Below, piece by piece: positions 50,132-61,007 of a DNA stretch of 64,000 bases (positions within the stretch are counted from its first letter, which is position 1; the number at the start of each line of letters is the position of its first letter). A program made the translations under genes and the position numbers. The stretch is from the NCBI GenBank assembly GCA_036339465.1, contig JAYZAY010000054.1:24872-88871 (forward strand). The letters run 5' to 3'. The stretch comes from Myxococcota bacterium. GTDB taxonomy: Bacteria > Myxococcota > XYA12-FULL-58-9 > JABJBS01. The notes below the pieces were generated by a model. It was not told the origin of the DNA, searched no databases, and saw only the letters and a program-made list of their open reading frames with translations.

Positions 50132-52408
50132 CTATGGGTTTCCGAGAAGCCACTCGATCCCATTTTCAAACAGGCGGTTTAGCTTTAACAGACCTTGAGG
50201 ATTTGAAACGCTGCAGTAATTTTCGGTGGTCAAGATGTTCGCGTTAAGATAGAGCGTGCGCTGGGGAGGTGCTCCATTTGTTTCTGTTGCGAAGACAGCC
50301 GGTGTTGTGCCCGATTCTCTATCCGGGTAACCATCCACGCCATCAACGACGCAGCCTTCCCCTTCCATGAGCAGAACGATATTCTTGGCGGGTGTGCTGG
50401 TTGGTATCGAGATTATGTCGGAATCGTCATAGTATTCAAATTGCTCTACTGTTCCGTGTTCGCCCACGATGACGGGGTGAGTACTCGCATCTGTGTCAAC
50501 ACGAAATGTAAAGCCTTCGGAATGGGCACAGTTGTGGGTATACTCAGTAATAGAATAGAAATTGAAGAAGGTGCTTTCTTCTTCGTTGTGTTCGTCGCTG
50601 GTTTTTTTGGCCTCATAGCCTAGGTCATCTCCCAAGAAGAAGAGCGCCTGACCGTTGTCAGAAGCGTTTTTTAGCGCCTGGGGCAGTGAGTCGGAGCTCG
50701 CTTGGGCATAACCTCCGTTGTGGTAGATAACGATGGGGGAGTGTTTAATATCATCGTATACCACTCCCTGCTCTTCATCCGTGTCGTAAATAAGGGTTAG
50801 GCTTAGACCCAGATCAGTTAGGAGAGCGTTAATCTGCCCGATTTCCCGATCTTGTAATGAAACACCTTCACAAGTTAGAGTGACACCCGCATCATCTTGT
50901 CTTTCATTCATCTTCTTGAGGCCCTTGGAGATGATCAGCACCACTTCTGCGCAGTCGGCTATCTCATTATTATTCAAGTTGGGGAGGGTTGTGTCGCTCT
51001 GTTCACAGCATGGGCCACCCATTGTTTCGGAATGTCCATATACGGGATTGCAGCTGCACGTATAATTACCGTCCGTGTTCTCGCAGGTGCCTCCTGGGCC
51101 ACAATCAATCGTTGTACATTCATTAATGTCAGAACAACCGTTTTCCCCTTTTCCTGTTCCCTCATACCCTTCCTTGCAAGTGCAGGTAGGCGCTGCTTTC
51201 AGATTATTGACGCAGTTGGCCTGGCTGTGACACCCACCGTTTTCGTCTTCGCATTGGTCGATATCGGCGCAGGAGGGAGCCGCACCATGATTGTTTGTGC
51301 AGGCGGAATAGGTGGCATCTCCGCACCCACCATTCTCGGTTTGGCATTCGTCGACATCTATGCATTCGCTACTGCCGGGGAGATTATGGCAAGTGAGATA
51401 GAGATAGGCACATCCACCGTTATCTTCGAGGCATTCGTTAATGTCAGTACAACCGTTTTCTCCTTTTCCATTTCCCTCATACCCTTCCTTGCAAGTGCAA
51501 GTCGGTGCTGCTTTCGGGTGATTGACGCAGTCGGCCTGGCTGTGACACCCACCGTTACCTATGAGGCATTCGTTAATGTCAGTACAACCGTTTTCTCCTT
51601 CTCCATTTCCCTCAAACCATTCCTTGCAAGTGCAGGTCGCCGATTCCCCCACGTTGTTGGTGCAAGAAGCATCGGTATGGCACCCACCGTTACCTATGAG
51701 GCATTCGTCGATATCTGCGCAGGTGGGAGCCGCACCATGATTGTTTGTGCAGGTGTAATAGATGGCGTCTCCGCACCCACCGTTACCTATGAGGCATTCG
51801 TTCATGTCAGTACAACCGTTTTCTCCTTCTCCATTTCCCTCAAACCATTCCTTGCAAGTGCAGGTCGCCGATTTCCCCACGTTGTTGGTGCAAGAAGCAT
51901 CGGCATGGCACCCACCGTTCGCTATGAGGCATTCGTCGATATCTGCGCAGGTGGGAGCCGCACCATGATTGTTTGTGCAGGTGTAATAGGTGGCGTCTCC
52001 GCACCCACCGTTCGCTATGAGGCATTCGTCAATGTCATCACATTTCGTGTCCTCTCCTAAAACATTATCGCCAGCAACGTTTGTGGTGCCAGCTTCGCAA
52101 GTCACACAAATGTTGCTTATTACCTTCTGGTTTTGGCTACATTCCTTTGGGTCGCAGGTGGGCTCATCACCGTACCAAGTGTCGTGCTGACAGCGGATTC
52201 GGATGTCGCCGTTGAGCACGTAGCCATTGTTACATGAAAAAGTGGCTAGCAATCCATAGGCTTGGTTATCGTAGGTCACCGATCCATTTCTGATTTCTAA
52301 TTCAGGACATTCTGTTTCGTCCGAGTCCTGTATTCCGCAGCTTGTCCCAAAGGACGCCACACAGACTAAGTTTAAGATAGTCCACAATTTCCGCCCTCCT
52401 AAACTCAT
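50132..52408 (-). CDS. Lipoprotein with a Sushi/CCP domain and nine calcium-binding EGF-like modules
   Basis: Lipobox GTSC; CPELEIRNG..ATFSCNNGYVLNG..C..W..PTC Sushi domain; D(I/V/M)(D/N)(E/Q)C EGF repeats; globular C-terminal domain. Confidence 0.9.
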   Translation of the reverse strand: MSLGGRKLWTILNLVCVASFGTSCGIQDSDETECPELEIRNGSVTYDNQAYGLLATFSCNNGYVLNGDIRIRCQHDTWYGDEPTCDPKECSQNQKVISNICVTCEAGTTNVAGDNVLGEDTKCDDIDECLIANGGCGDATYYTCTNNHGAAPTCADIDECLIANGGCHADASCTNNVGKSATCTCKEWFEGNGEGENGCTDMNECLIGNGGCGDAIYYTCTNNHGAAPTCADIDECLIGNGGCHTDASCTNNVGESATCTCKEWFEGNGEGENGCTDINECLIGNGGCHSQADCVNHPKAAPTCTCKEGYEGNGKGENGCTDINECLEDNGGCAYLYLTCHNLPGSSECIDVDECQTENGGCGDATYSACTNNHGAAPSCADIDQCEDENGGCHSQANCVNNLKAAPTCTCKEGYEGTGKGENGCSDINECTTIDCGPGGTCENTDGNYTCSCNPVYGHSETMGGPCCEQSDTTLPNLNNNEIADCAEVVLIISKGLKKMNERQDDAGVTLTCEGVSLQDREIGQINALLTDLGLSLTLIYDTDEEQGVVYDDIKHSPIVIYHNGGYAQASSDSLPQALKNASDNGQALFFLGDDLGYEAKKTSDEHNEEESTFFNFYSITEYTHNCAHSEGFTFRVDTDASTHPVIVGEHGTVEQFEYYDDSDIISIPTSTPAKNIVLLMEGEGCVVDGVDGYPDRESGTTPAVFATETNGAPPQRTLYLNANILTTENYCSVSNPQGLLKLNRLFENGIEWLLGNP
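51010..52040. repeat. Near-identical coding repeats (93- and 135-bp modules; 228-bp higher-order period)
   Basis: GCATTCGTCGATATCTGCGCAGGTGGGAGCCGCACCATGA occurs at 51701 and 51929. Confidence 0.88.
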
Positions 52409-52599
52409 CGTTAGCCCCCCCCCTTATTTAGCAAGGTATTAATCTAATTCTATGGTTGTAGGTAGTCCGGCGCAACGACTATCCAGCTCAGATCGGTAAC
52501 CACAGAAAATGAACGAATTCCTATCGGCAATGGACTCGTCAACAAGTTTCCTGGATTTTGCAGCAAAACCACGAGGTGTGGCCGATAGACTTGCGAGCT

Positions 52600-52760
52600 T
52601 TTCAGGGAAACCTTCGCATTCACACCCTGATTCTAGACGGTGTTCAACGTCCTCCGAAAAGGGGAGTGGATAGACGATGCCTCAGAAACTGCGACCACCG
52701 ACGACCGATGACTGCTTGATGAGTGTGCCCTGGTTTCTGTGTGACATGATTTTCTTCGAG
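52600..52760 (+). mobile_element. Possible IS91-family transposase remnant (HUH region)
   Basis: GNLRIHTLILDGV at 52606 resembles NLN.HFH.L.LDGV, followed after a frameshift by RPPTTDD; short and decayed. Confidence 0.3.
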
Positions 52761-53174
52761 GGCGGATTTCACCTTGGTTTGATACCGGCGCCCAATGCCT
52801 AAAACAGATATCAAGCACCTGGGTCTGCCTGGTGATTCTCCAAGATTGAGCCCGCCGAGAGTTAAGAAGACCTGTTTTGAAGATTGATGACCGCTATCCA
52901 GTAGTGGCTTTGGGCCGATGCGTTTTGCCTCGTTATTTTGTCGGCATTTTGATGTCTTTAGAGAAGGTTGCGAATAAGGGTGGGGTTATTTTTTTGCAGG
53001 GATACGGGGCGTGAGTGGATTCGTTACATTGCCTTTGGTGGAAATGGGGGTTTGAAATCCCTAGGGATCTCAAGCGGCTTACGCGACGCACTAGAAACAC
53101 GAGCATGTGGTCGAAGCTCTAAGGTTATTTAAGCAGACTTGGCATAGCTCTTTATGGGATTTTGGGTTTTCGTT

Positions 53175-54765
53175 TTAGCCGCGCATATACCCAAGAAGTC
53201 CCTGGACACCCATCTCCATAATCTCTTCTCGCCGCACCTCTTGCTCGCCCCCAAGCAGAACATAGGCCATGGCTCTCCCGAGCTCTCGGTCAACCTCCCG
53301 TCCCTGCCACCAGGTATCCTCACCGAAGCACGCCGCATACACAAAGGTTGCGACCTTCGAGCGATGGTAATCTCCGGTGGTATCGGAAAAACTCGGAATA
53401 TCACCCTTGTAGCCTTGAAACTCCCGATAGTGGGCGATTTGGGCGTGATGTCGACGACTGCGATACGCAGCATGGAGGCCTAAATGCCACAGACTCCACC
53501 CGCAATTTGCACCGGCCCCGTCGATAACCTACTGCCTGCTCGGTATTTTCTGCGTCGGATTTTATAGCAGACCTTGCGGAAGTGGTACATGCTAGGGTTG
53601 GCTCGAAGGGCCACGGGAAAAACTTCATCGGATTCTTTTTTTTCGGCCCACCGTTTATGAATGGTGTTTAGCTCGCTGAATCATTCCAGCCTCGATAGGT
53701 GTTCTAAGCGCCCCCAGGATATTGACACCACCACCCGCCACATCCAGAGCAGTTCCTGTGGCTGTGCTGGCGCCATTTGAGGCCACGTTGACCCCCCAAT
53801 GGGCAGTTTCAGGCCCCGCTGCACTCAAATCGATGATGGCTTCCCCCAGATTACGTCGGAACTCCCGACGTGGTACTGTGGGATCGTTTCGGGCGTGAAT
53901 GACCATACCCAATGTTGCCCTCGAACTTGTTAGGCCGGCAAGGGATGCCCAATTACTATGAGTAAGCAGCCCTTGTCCTGTATTTTGGGCACCGACGCCC
54001 AGGAAATGATTGGTGACAATGGCGTCAGCGGCTGCGACTAAATCATGATAGGGAGGTCCGATGGTACTAAGCGTATCGCCATATTCTTCCATGAAGCCGC
54101 TTGGGTCTTCACTGAGCATCCCTTTTTGTACGGCAACGATCTTAGCGACAGCTTCGTCCTTATTGTTATTGCAGCTTTCAACCACCCTTTGGATCGCGGT
54201 GTTTGTGTCGGTTGCAACGTCCCTTTGAGGGGCAAAGCTGACATGAGCCGATGAAGCATTGAGGAGTGAGGGTTGCGAGAGTTCTTTGTCTTCCTTTGCC
54301 GGAAGTTCCTCGATGTTGAAGCCGGGTTCCAAACTTGAATAGAAGGCCCTATCCTAGTCGGGGCTCCCGTTATTGACATATCGCTGAACATTGACATCTT
54401 TTAAGTAGAGATCGACTTGATTTGAGTACATCCAAGCAAAGGTCTTGCCAAACTTAAAGAGTTCTCCAATAAAATTCACTTTACGCCTTTGGTTGCTTCT
54501 GAGTTCCCCATAGAGGTCCCACATTGGATAAGGGAAGAGTTGTTGGTTAAAATTTTGGATGAGCCTTTGGTTGGTAGTGAAATCCCTCGTATTTGGGGTT
54601 CGCCAAAGCCAAAGGATGATTGCCTCGTATAGGTCGAAAAGCGCCATCGGTCGGTGATTGCGGTTCGTAAACCGGATCATGATGGGAATTTCTTTCTTCA
54701 TTAAGGTAATCAAGCTTGAATAATTCCTCCGTGAATTCGATTCCCAAAGTACGACGATTAATCAA
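53175..54765 (-). pseudogene. Fragmented gene of unknown function
   Basis: ORFs 54354-54713 and 53655-54332 are in frame, separated by one TAG; further protein-like segments in shifted frames end GLLGYMRG* at 53175. Confidence 0.5.
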
Positions 54766-55330
54766 TCAAGCTTTTTTGTCGTTTGATTTTCGGATATCTT
54801 TTCCTTCTCGGGGCAACTTTGCGAGGGTTGTGTCGCCGGATTCCTGTGGTGTGAGATAGGATAGAGTCGCGTATTGTCTGTGGTCCCAATGTTGCTCCAT
54901 GGAAGCGAAAAAAATCATTCTTAATGATGAACCAAATGTTCTCGCAAAGCATCCAGGGATATTCTCTCATTCGGAAACTCGATGGTGCACTTGAAAGCAG
55001 TTGTCTTGGCATCTTTAAACTCCCACAGCCATGATTATAGTTGCCGGTTTATTCGCAGCATCTAAAGATTAAAGCCGAGTAAAGGGCAAGTTCGCTTGCT
55101 TGGAATGGAGTTAGTGGGTTTGTCACGGCAGTATTCAGGCCAAACACCGAGCAAACTATCTTTTAGGTGAAAAGAAAATGTTCCAGTCTCGCGCCAAATT
55201 AGATCCATCGTATCCGAACGCCGCGCCCGGTGCGAGAGGCACACCTTTCTGATTCATCTATTCGCTCCAACCTTCTTTTCGCACTATTTTTCGCAACCTT
55301 CTGCAATGCCACCCGATAAGAGTTCGTACT
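54758..55330 (-). mobile_element. Degenerate IS4-family transposase remnant
   Basis: GRGVRI/DGSNL near 55200 resembles the first catalytic Asp region; RHNPRKVAPRRKRYPKIK resembles the IS4 C-terminal tail. Confidence 0.4.
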
Positions 55331-55502
55331 GTTGGTTTGCTTGAGAGAACGAGTTTTTCTAGGCGTTTAGATTAGATACGAAAACAACAAGTACTTCACG
55401 CCCATACGAAGAGTAGTGGCCGAACATGATAGCCGAAGATGGTAAACCATCCCACAAAAAAAACTGTGCCAAAAAGGCACGCATGGAGCTTGGAGTGAAT
55501 AA

Positions 55503-56912
55503 ATGCTAAAACGGTCCGTGTCGCTTCCATTCCTACCGCCTGCGTCGCATGATTCTCCGCAAGTATGGACGAACTTCGTTCCCGAAAAAGAACGGAGCCA
55601 CCCATTGCCAAAATCCCTCTTTGAGGACACCGCTGCAGTGAGGGCCTACGTTAAAAAGACTCCGCTCCAACCGTTAGAGAAGATCAGCAAGCTGACATCA
55701 TACCCAGTATTCTTGAAAAATGAAGCAGAACAGCGCGGCCCGTCGGCCATCGCCGGAATCCCACTCGGCGGGTCGTTCAAAAGTCGTGGTGTGTTCATGG
55801 AAGTGTACCGAGCATTCGAAGAAGTGATGAAGTCCCCGAATCGACGCACTGTTTTCGAAAAGGGGTTAAGAATCGTAACTCAATCAACCGGCAATCACGG
55901 CATCGCGATGATTTACGCCACCGCCGCTGCAGCAACGCTTTTTGCTCGAAGCGTCCAATCTTCTGACCCCGAATTAGCCAAAGCTATCTACAACACCGAA
56001 CCCATGATCTTTACCCTCGCAGGGCTTCCAGATATCAAACTCAACGGAATGAAAGATGCACTTGAATCCTATCGACAATGCATCAAGCGCCCTCATCAAG
56101 GACAAATCGACAACCAATATCCGAGTTACGAAGATGCCCTCAATGCTAGACAAGCTTTTTTGAATACGCAGAGCGAACAAGCCCGGTACATGGACCACGG
56201 TGGCCAAGATATCATGGTGGGCCATGGAACCGCCGGGTTAGAAATCCATGAACAACTCAAGCTCGTGGGCTTGAACTCCACAAAAAAGGTAGCCGTACTT
56301 TTACCCGTTGGGGCGGGAGGACCATTGGGTATCGCTGCAGCCCTTAAAGAGTCGCGACCGAATGTGATTACCATTATGGTTCAACCGAAGGGATATGACG
56401 CTTTCGTCCGCACTTTGCGCAAAGGGAGTATGCAAAAAAATATCAAGAGTCCCCCCCCAACTGAAACCGTCCAATGCGGTAACGAAAAAATAGATATTGT
56501 CTTTCCCGACGGCGTGGCCGTCGACGCTCCTGAATCTGCGGCAGTTCCGATTGCTCATGCCTACCTAGACGGAGCCGTTAGTGTTGATGAAGTCCAAGCG
56601 TATAACCAAAGCGGGGTTATTCTTCTCCACGACGTGGGAGACCACTACCCCAACCGAAAAGACGCGAAAGTTGGCGGAACGACCGCAATTACCGCGGAAG
56701 CTCTTCTTCAATTAACCAAAAGCCAAAATCGGTTGTTAGCCGGAGTGGATGCTGCGGTCCTCTTGGGGACAGAAGGAAACGTCTCGCATATTGTGGACGC
56801 TCACTTAAAGGCAAGACTTCCCAACGTTAACACCATTACCGAATCATCAACCTATCGAGCACGGCCTCTGCTTCGTCGAACCAAGACCTTGGGGAATCAC
56901 AACACGATATAG
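55503..56912 (+). CDS. PLP-dependent fold-type II enzyme (threonine/serine dehydratase-like)
   Basis: TPL, VFLKNE, GSFKSRG (PLP lysine), STGNHG, GHGTAGLEI, PVGAGG and DGVAV. Confidence 0.88.
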   Translation: MLKRSVSLPFLPPASHDSPQVWTNFVPEKERSHPLPKSLFEDTAAVRAYVKKTPLQPLEKISKLTSYPVFLKNEAEQRGPSAIAGIPLGGSFKSRGVFMEVYRAFEEVMKSPNRRTVFEKGLRIVTQSTGNHGIAMIYATAAAATLFARSVQSSDPELAKAIYNTEPMIFTLAGLPDIKLNGMKDALESYRQCIKRPHQGQIDNQYPSYEDALNARQAFLNTQSEQARYMDHGGQDIMVGHGTAGLEIHEQLKLVGLNSTKKVAVLLPVGAGGPLGIAAALKESRPNVITIMVQPKGYDAFVRTLRKGSMQKNIKSPPPTETVQCGNEKIDIVFPDGVAVDAPESAAVPIAHAYLDGAVSVDEVQAYNQSGVILLHDVGDHYPNRKDAKVGGTTAITAEALLQLTKSQNRLLAGVDAAVLLGTEGNVSHIVDAHLKARLPNVNTITESSTYRARPLLRRTKTLGNHNTI

Positions 56913-57332
56913 GACGGAAAATCCAGGTAGTACGAGACCAACTCTGGAGGTTCAGAGGCGTGAAAGTCAGGTCATGAAGACCCACTGCGGTCTTAAACTT
57001 GAGACGGTGCTACAATTGCTGGCACAAATGTCATCAATCAATCTCAGTAAATCCAAAGAGACCGATTATCAACGTCGAGCCTCCAATGAAGAAATCACCC
57101 ATTTGTCTGCAGGCGTCGATGTCATTATTACATTCGTTATCATCCTTGCTGTAATCGGGGCCGGCAAACCTAAAGCGTGACTAGATTTCCATCGCTGATT
57201 ACGAGGGGCTGAGCAGTAACCCTCGCGACAGGCCCCCCCCACACAACTCCGTCGCCTCCGGCCAAGGTTGGACCAGCCGCCTTTTTTACGTTACTAGCGC
57301 TCTGGCCCACATCTCTGGCTGAGGTACACGTT

Positions 57333-59495
57333 ATGAAGAGACCACACATCCGACACCCTGCACTATGGCGTGTCGTCGCCGTCTTCTTGCTTCTGGGCTG
57401 CAGCTGCGCCAGGCCGGCGGACCGGATGGCCATCGAAGTCACCGATCTTGGGATAGGCAAAGAAGGCATCCAGATAGCAGCGGGCACCGTGATGCCCCTG
57501 GCCGAAGCCCCACCATGGGGTGATGACACCACTCTGGTCGGCACATTCAACGCCAAAAGAACGACCACCCCCAAGAAGGCTTGGGCCACCTTACCGATCC
57601 AAGGTGTTTCGGCCCACATCACCGTGGCTCAGGTCACGCTTCACCCGCTCCCTGACAAAAAAGATACGCAATACCCATCGTTCGAGTTTGCCGACACCGT
57701 CACCGTGCACCGCGCCCCCGAGTCATTTGGGGAGTCGCCTTTTGCTTTGCTGGTGGTTCTAGAGCGCGGGCTACCCATTGGTATTCTCGAAGCCCGCCAC
57801 GCACGAAGTGCTCCCTACACGGCTCAAGAGCTATTTGACCTCGCCCTCGGGCACGTGAAGGCTTTCAGACTCCCCGAGGCGAATCAGACCGCAGCCATTG
57901 CCACCAAGCTAGACCCAACCCATCAAGATGCCCTGGCATTGGCCGCAGCCCTCTTGGATAAAGACAGCCCCGAGCAAGCAAAGACCCTGCGGAAAAAGAT
58001 GACTCGAAATCCTACCACCTTGGCCGTGCCTGCCAATCTTCCAGATGAGGTTGCCTGGTTGATGGATCACGGGCTGAAAGCCAAGCGTTATGGATTGGTG
58101 GTCACCGCCATCTACAAACAACAAATCGAACGCGACACCCCAAGTGATGTAACAGCCATCTGGCAATATCTCACCACTGGCGAGCCCATGGGCCCGAGTG
58201 ACCAAGGCGGGCCACCCGAGCTTACGGCCCAAGGTGAAGTGCATACCTGGTTGCCCGGGCGGGGGTTGCGCGGTCTCTGGAACAAGGTGAGCACTCGGCT
58301 CGATCTGAGCGCCCTCGAAATCCTTAGTGGCGTCCCCATATTTGTGTCGGGGCCCCACCGGGGCAATCGGCTCAATATCAATTCGGGACCCACCTTTGGT
58401 CACTACAACCCAGCGTTTATCACTTGGTTTCGAGAAACCATCATCCCGATTCTCACCTCAGATGCGGTCTACAAAGCCGTCGACGGCGGTTATGGCCGGA
58501 GCTTGAAGAACCTGGGGCGTGCGTTTGCAGCGGCCTATGGTCACGTGGCGAGCGACAGAGAACTTTGGGGGCGGATTGCTCGTGAGTACCACCGCAAATT
58601 CGAGAGTGCGCCGCCCACTGGAGGGAATGCGGGTATGCATCTCCAAGAGCGGTTCCGAGCCTTCAGCGACCGACAAAACCGAGAGGGGCTCGATTGGTAC
58701 GAGACCAACGTTGCCGCCGGCTTCTGGATCCGCCGCTACATCGACGGCACCCATGCCAGCATCCACCGAGGCTTGATGGAGCTGCTAAAAGTCTACGATC
58801 CCCAGACCTACTCGAAGTACCACAAAGATTTTGGGCCCGAAGTAGACGGCGCCTGCATGAGCAGGTGCATAGATACATGCATGGCAACCTGCGTAGACGA
58901 AGGCTTTGGCGACAACTGCGGCGGAGGCTGCCAGGACAGCTGCCTGAGTGATAAGTGCGCGCTGCCAACCGGCGTGCCCACGCTCACACCCCACGAGACC
59001 CATCCGCACCCAGGCACCTGCCACAAAGAGAAAGTTCAGCGGAATATCTTCGGCGAAGAGATTCGGCGTGAGGAATGGATAGCCAACGATACGCCGCCAG
59101 CTAAAACCAAGGTGCGCATGTGTGAATCGGCCGACACAGAGGCCATTCGCAAGCACCCCGATGTGCTACCCAGCCTCGATGAGGCCAAGACCTCGTTTGT
59201 GCGCTGCTCGGTGGTCGCATTTGAAGGCGAGCCCAACCACAACCTATTGCTCGAGTTTGGTGAAGATACCTTCAGCACGCACACAGTGATGGCCGTGGAG
59301 GTCAAGCCAGATGCTCCGCCCCAGCTGGTGTTTTCTACCCATGAGAACGGAGACGGCAGAACGGTCTCGGTGAGAACGCTCTGCGATACCGATGGTGACG
59401 GCAAAACCGAGGTGCTTACGGTGTCCCAAACATGGAAAACCTTGCCAGAGGTCACCGTGCATACGTTTGGGCCGGCCCAAACTCAGGCGCCTTGA
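57333..59495 (+). CDS. Multidomain secreted or lipoprotein of unknown function
   Basis: Signal with LLGC lipobox; FVSGPH..FGHYNP and GFWIRR..DGT block; Cys-rich segment; DTDGDGKTE motif; visibly GC-richer than its surroundings. Confidence 0.8.
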   Translation: MKRPHIRHPALWRVVAVFLLLGCSCARPADRMAIEVTDLGIGKEGIQIAAGTVMPLAEAPPWGDDTTLVGTFNAKRTTTPKKAWATLPIQGVSAHITVAQVTLHPLPDKKDTQYPSFEFADTVTVHRAPESFGESPFALLVVLERGLPIGILEARHARSAPYTAQELFDLALGHVKAFRLPEANQTAAIATKLDPTHQDALALAAALLDKDSPEQAKTLRKKMTRNPTTLAVPANLPDEVAWLMDHGLKAKRYGLVVTAIYKQQIERDTPSDVTAIWQYLTTGEPMGPSDQGGPPELTAQGEVHTWLPGRGLRGLWNKVSTRLDLSALEILSGVPIFVSGPHRGNRLNINSGPTFGHYNPAFITWFRETIIPILTSDAVYKAVDGGYGRSLKNLGRAFAAAYGHVASDRELWGRIAREYHRKFESAPPTGGNAGMHLQERFRAFSDRQNREGLDWYETNVAAGFWIRRYIDGTHASIHRGLMELLKVYDPQTYSKYHKDFGPEVDGACMSRCIDTCMATCVDEGFGDNCGGGCQDSCLSDKCALPTGVPTLTPHETHPHPGTCHKEKVQRNIFGEEIRREEWIANDTPPAKTKVRMCESADTEAIRKHPDVLPSLDEAKTSFVRCSVVAFEGEPNHNLLLEFGEDTFSTHTVMAVEVKPDAPPQLVFSTHENGDGRTVSVRTLCDTDGDGKTEVLTVSQTWKTLPEVTVHTFGPAQTQAP

Positions 59496-60148
59496 GGCTC
59501 CGAGCGCTCCAATCATCAACCTACGGCTTTGGCTGTCACAGTTACATCGGTGTTTGATTTCTGAGCAACGGCGACCCCATAATCGGACGACTGCGTTTCC
59601 CTAAGCGGGCTCCGTAGTCCCCGGCACAAGCGCTTCGGCGGAAAACCGAAAGACGATAAACTAGCCGCCTGTATCTTTAATTTTAATTGAAAACTCGGCA
59701 CTGGGTAGTGCGTTGATTTTGGATTTGGTTAGGGTAAATGCGTCCCAACTTGAGGCGGTATCCAAGTGCACGAATGAATCAGTATCACTGAGGGCATCAA
59801 GGCGTGCGAGCTTGGATGCCTCGTCCCAAAATGTCATGGTGGGGATGGGGTTGGTGGTGCTGTTTAGGCGGGCCGCCAAGGCAATGTCTTCGATGGATAA
59901 AGGCGAGTTTTCAGGGGCGGTGGGTTACAGTAGCCCCTTTGTTCTTCTGTATGGCCGCTTTAATGGTTGGGGTGGGCTTAACTTCGGTGGGGCCTCCGAG
60001 GGCAAATCCGAGCAAGGCGCCGTCACTTTGGCCATTGCCCCAAACAACATGGTCTCAAACGGCAAGAGGCCCCCATGACCGATTCCATAGTAGACTCCTG
60101 TGCTGATTCCGCAGACGGTAAAGGGTTTATGTCGTCGCGGCCTTGGCG

Positions 60149-60742
60149 CTATTCGTCGTAACCGGTTTTGGCGCTTTTGATGGCGTCCAATAAGTGGTGT
60201 AGGTCTTTGTGGAGGGATGAAGTATCGAGCCCTGGGTTCTCTGCAATCAGTTGAATGGCATCCAAGAATTTTATGGCCAGCAATGGATTTTCTCGAATAT
60301 TTCCATCATCGGCATTGAGGGCGTTGGTGTAGTCACGGTTGATGGTGTTGAGTTTCTGCTGCGGGGCAGAGGCGGACGAGTCACCCAAGGTGGCCACATC
60401 ATCGAGTTGTCCTAAATCCAAGGGAGCGGGTGGGGGCACAGGGGAAATGGCGTGATGGCCCATACGCGCCATGACCGGTGATGATAATTCGAGGGCCGGG
60501 GCGGATGGGTTTCTGAGGAAGGTCAAGGAGATGTCCCGGTCCATATCCAGGGAGAAGGATGTGTGGGCAGAAATATCTTGTCCTAAAACGAGTTTCAGAG
60601 TTTCTTCGAGTTGGATGAATTGCAGGGTGTCGAGATCCATCTGTTCGCCGAGTTCTAGGGCGATATCTGTGGCCGAATCTGCCGGGTCCATGGAGTCCAC
60701 TTGAAAGGTGGTTTGATTGATATGAATGGGGATCAGTGGCAT
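60149..60742 (-). CDS. Hypothetical protein, possibly the 5' part of a broken gene extending to ~59661
   Basis: 197-aa ORF with AGGAG upstream; protein-like fragments continue downstream in other frames. Confidence 0.55.
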   Translation of the reverse strand: MPLIPIHINQTTFQVDSMDPADSATDIALELGEQMDLDTLQFIQLEETLKLVLGQDISAHTSFSLDMDRDISLTFLRNPSAPALELSSPVMARMGHHAISPVPPPAPLDLGQLDDVATLGDSSASAPQQKLNTINRDYTNALNADDGNIRENPLLAIKFLDAIQLIAENPGLDTSSLHKDLHHLLDAIKSAKTGYDE

Positions 60743-61007
60743 TGGATGTGGTCATCTCCTCATATGTGTCGTCGGGAAAGAGCCTCTTCTATTATGATGA
60801 TGGATTGTGCGGTTTTGGGCAACGACGCACTGGACTTAATTTGAGGATAATTTGTCCCCGGAAGCTCTGTCGTCAAGCCTACATGGGAGTTTTTGGGCTT
60901 GCATTCAGGTGAGGGGAATGGGGAAGGTTGGGTCTGTGAAAATTCGTTGTGTATTGTTCGCTTGTCTTTTCCTCTTGGGGGCTCCTAAACCCGGCATGGA
61001 GGTTTTG

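Noticed and set aside
51010..52040. Repeats that might be a CRISPR array
   Set aside because: They are in-frame coding modules without unique spacers, and no cas genes were seen.
50897..52060. 387-aa + strand ORF
   Set aside because: Antisense shadow of the repetitive EGF gene; its repeats simply mirror the coding strand.
54354..54356. Pyrrolysine or programmed amber readthrough
   Set aside because: The same gene has further frameshifts, and TAG is used as a normal stop elsewhere in the window (for example in tssF and clpB).
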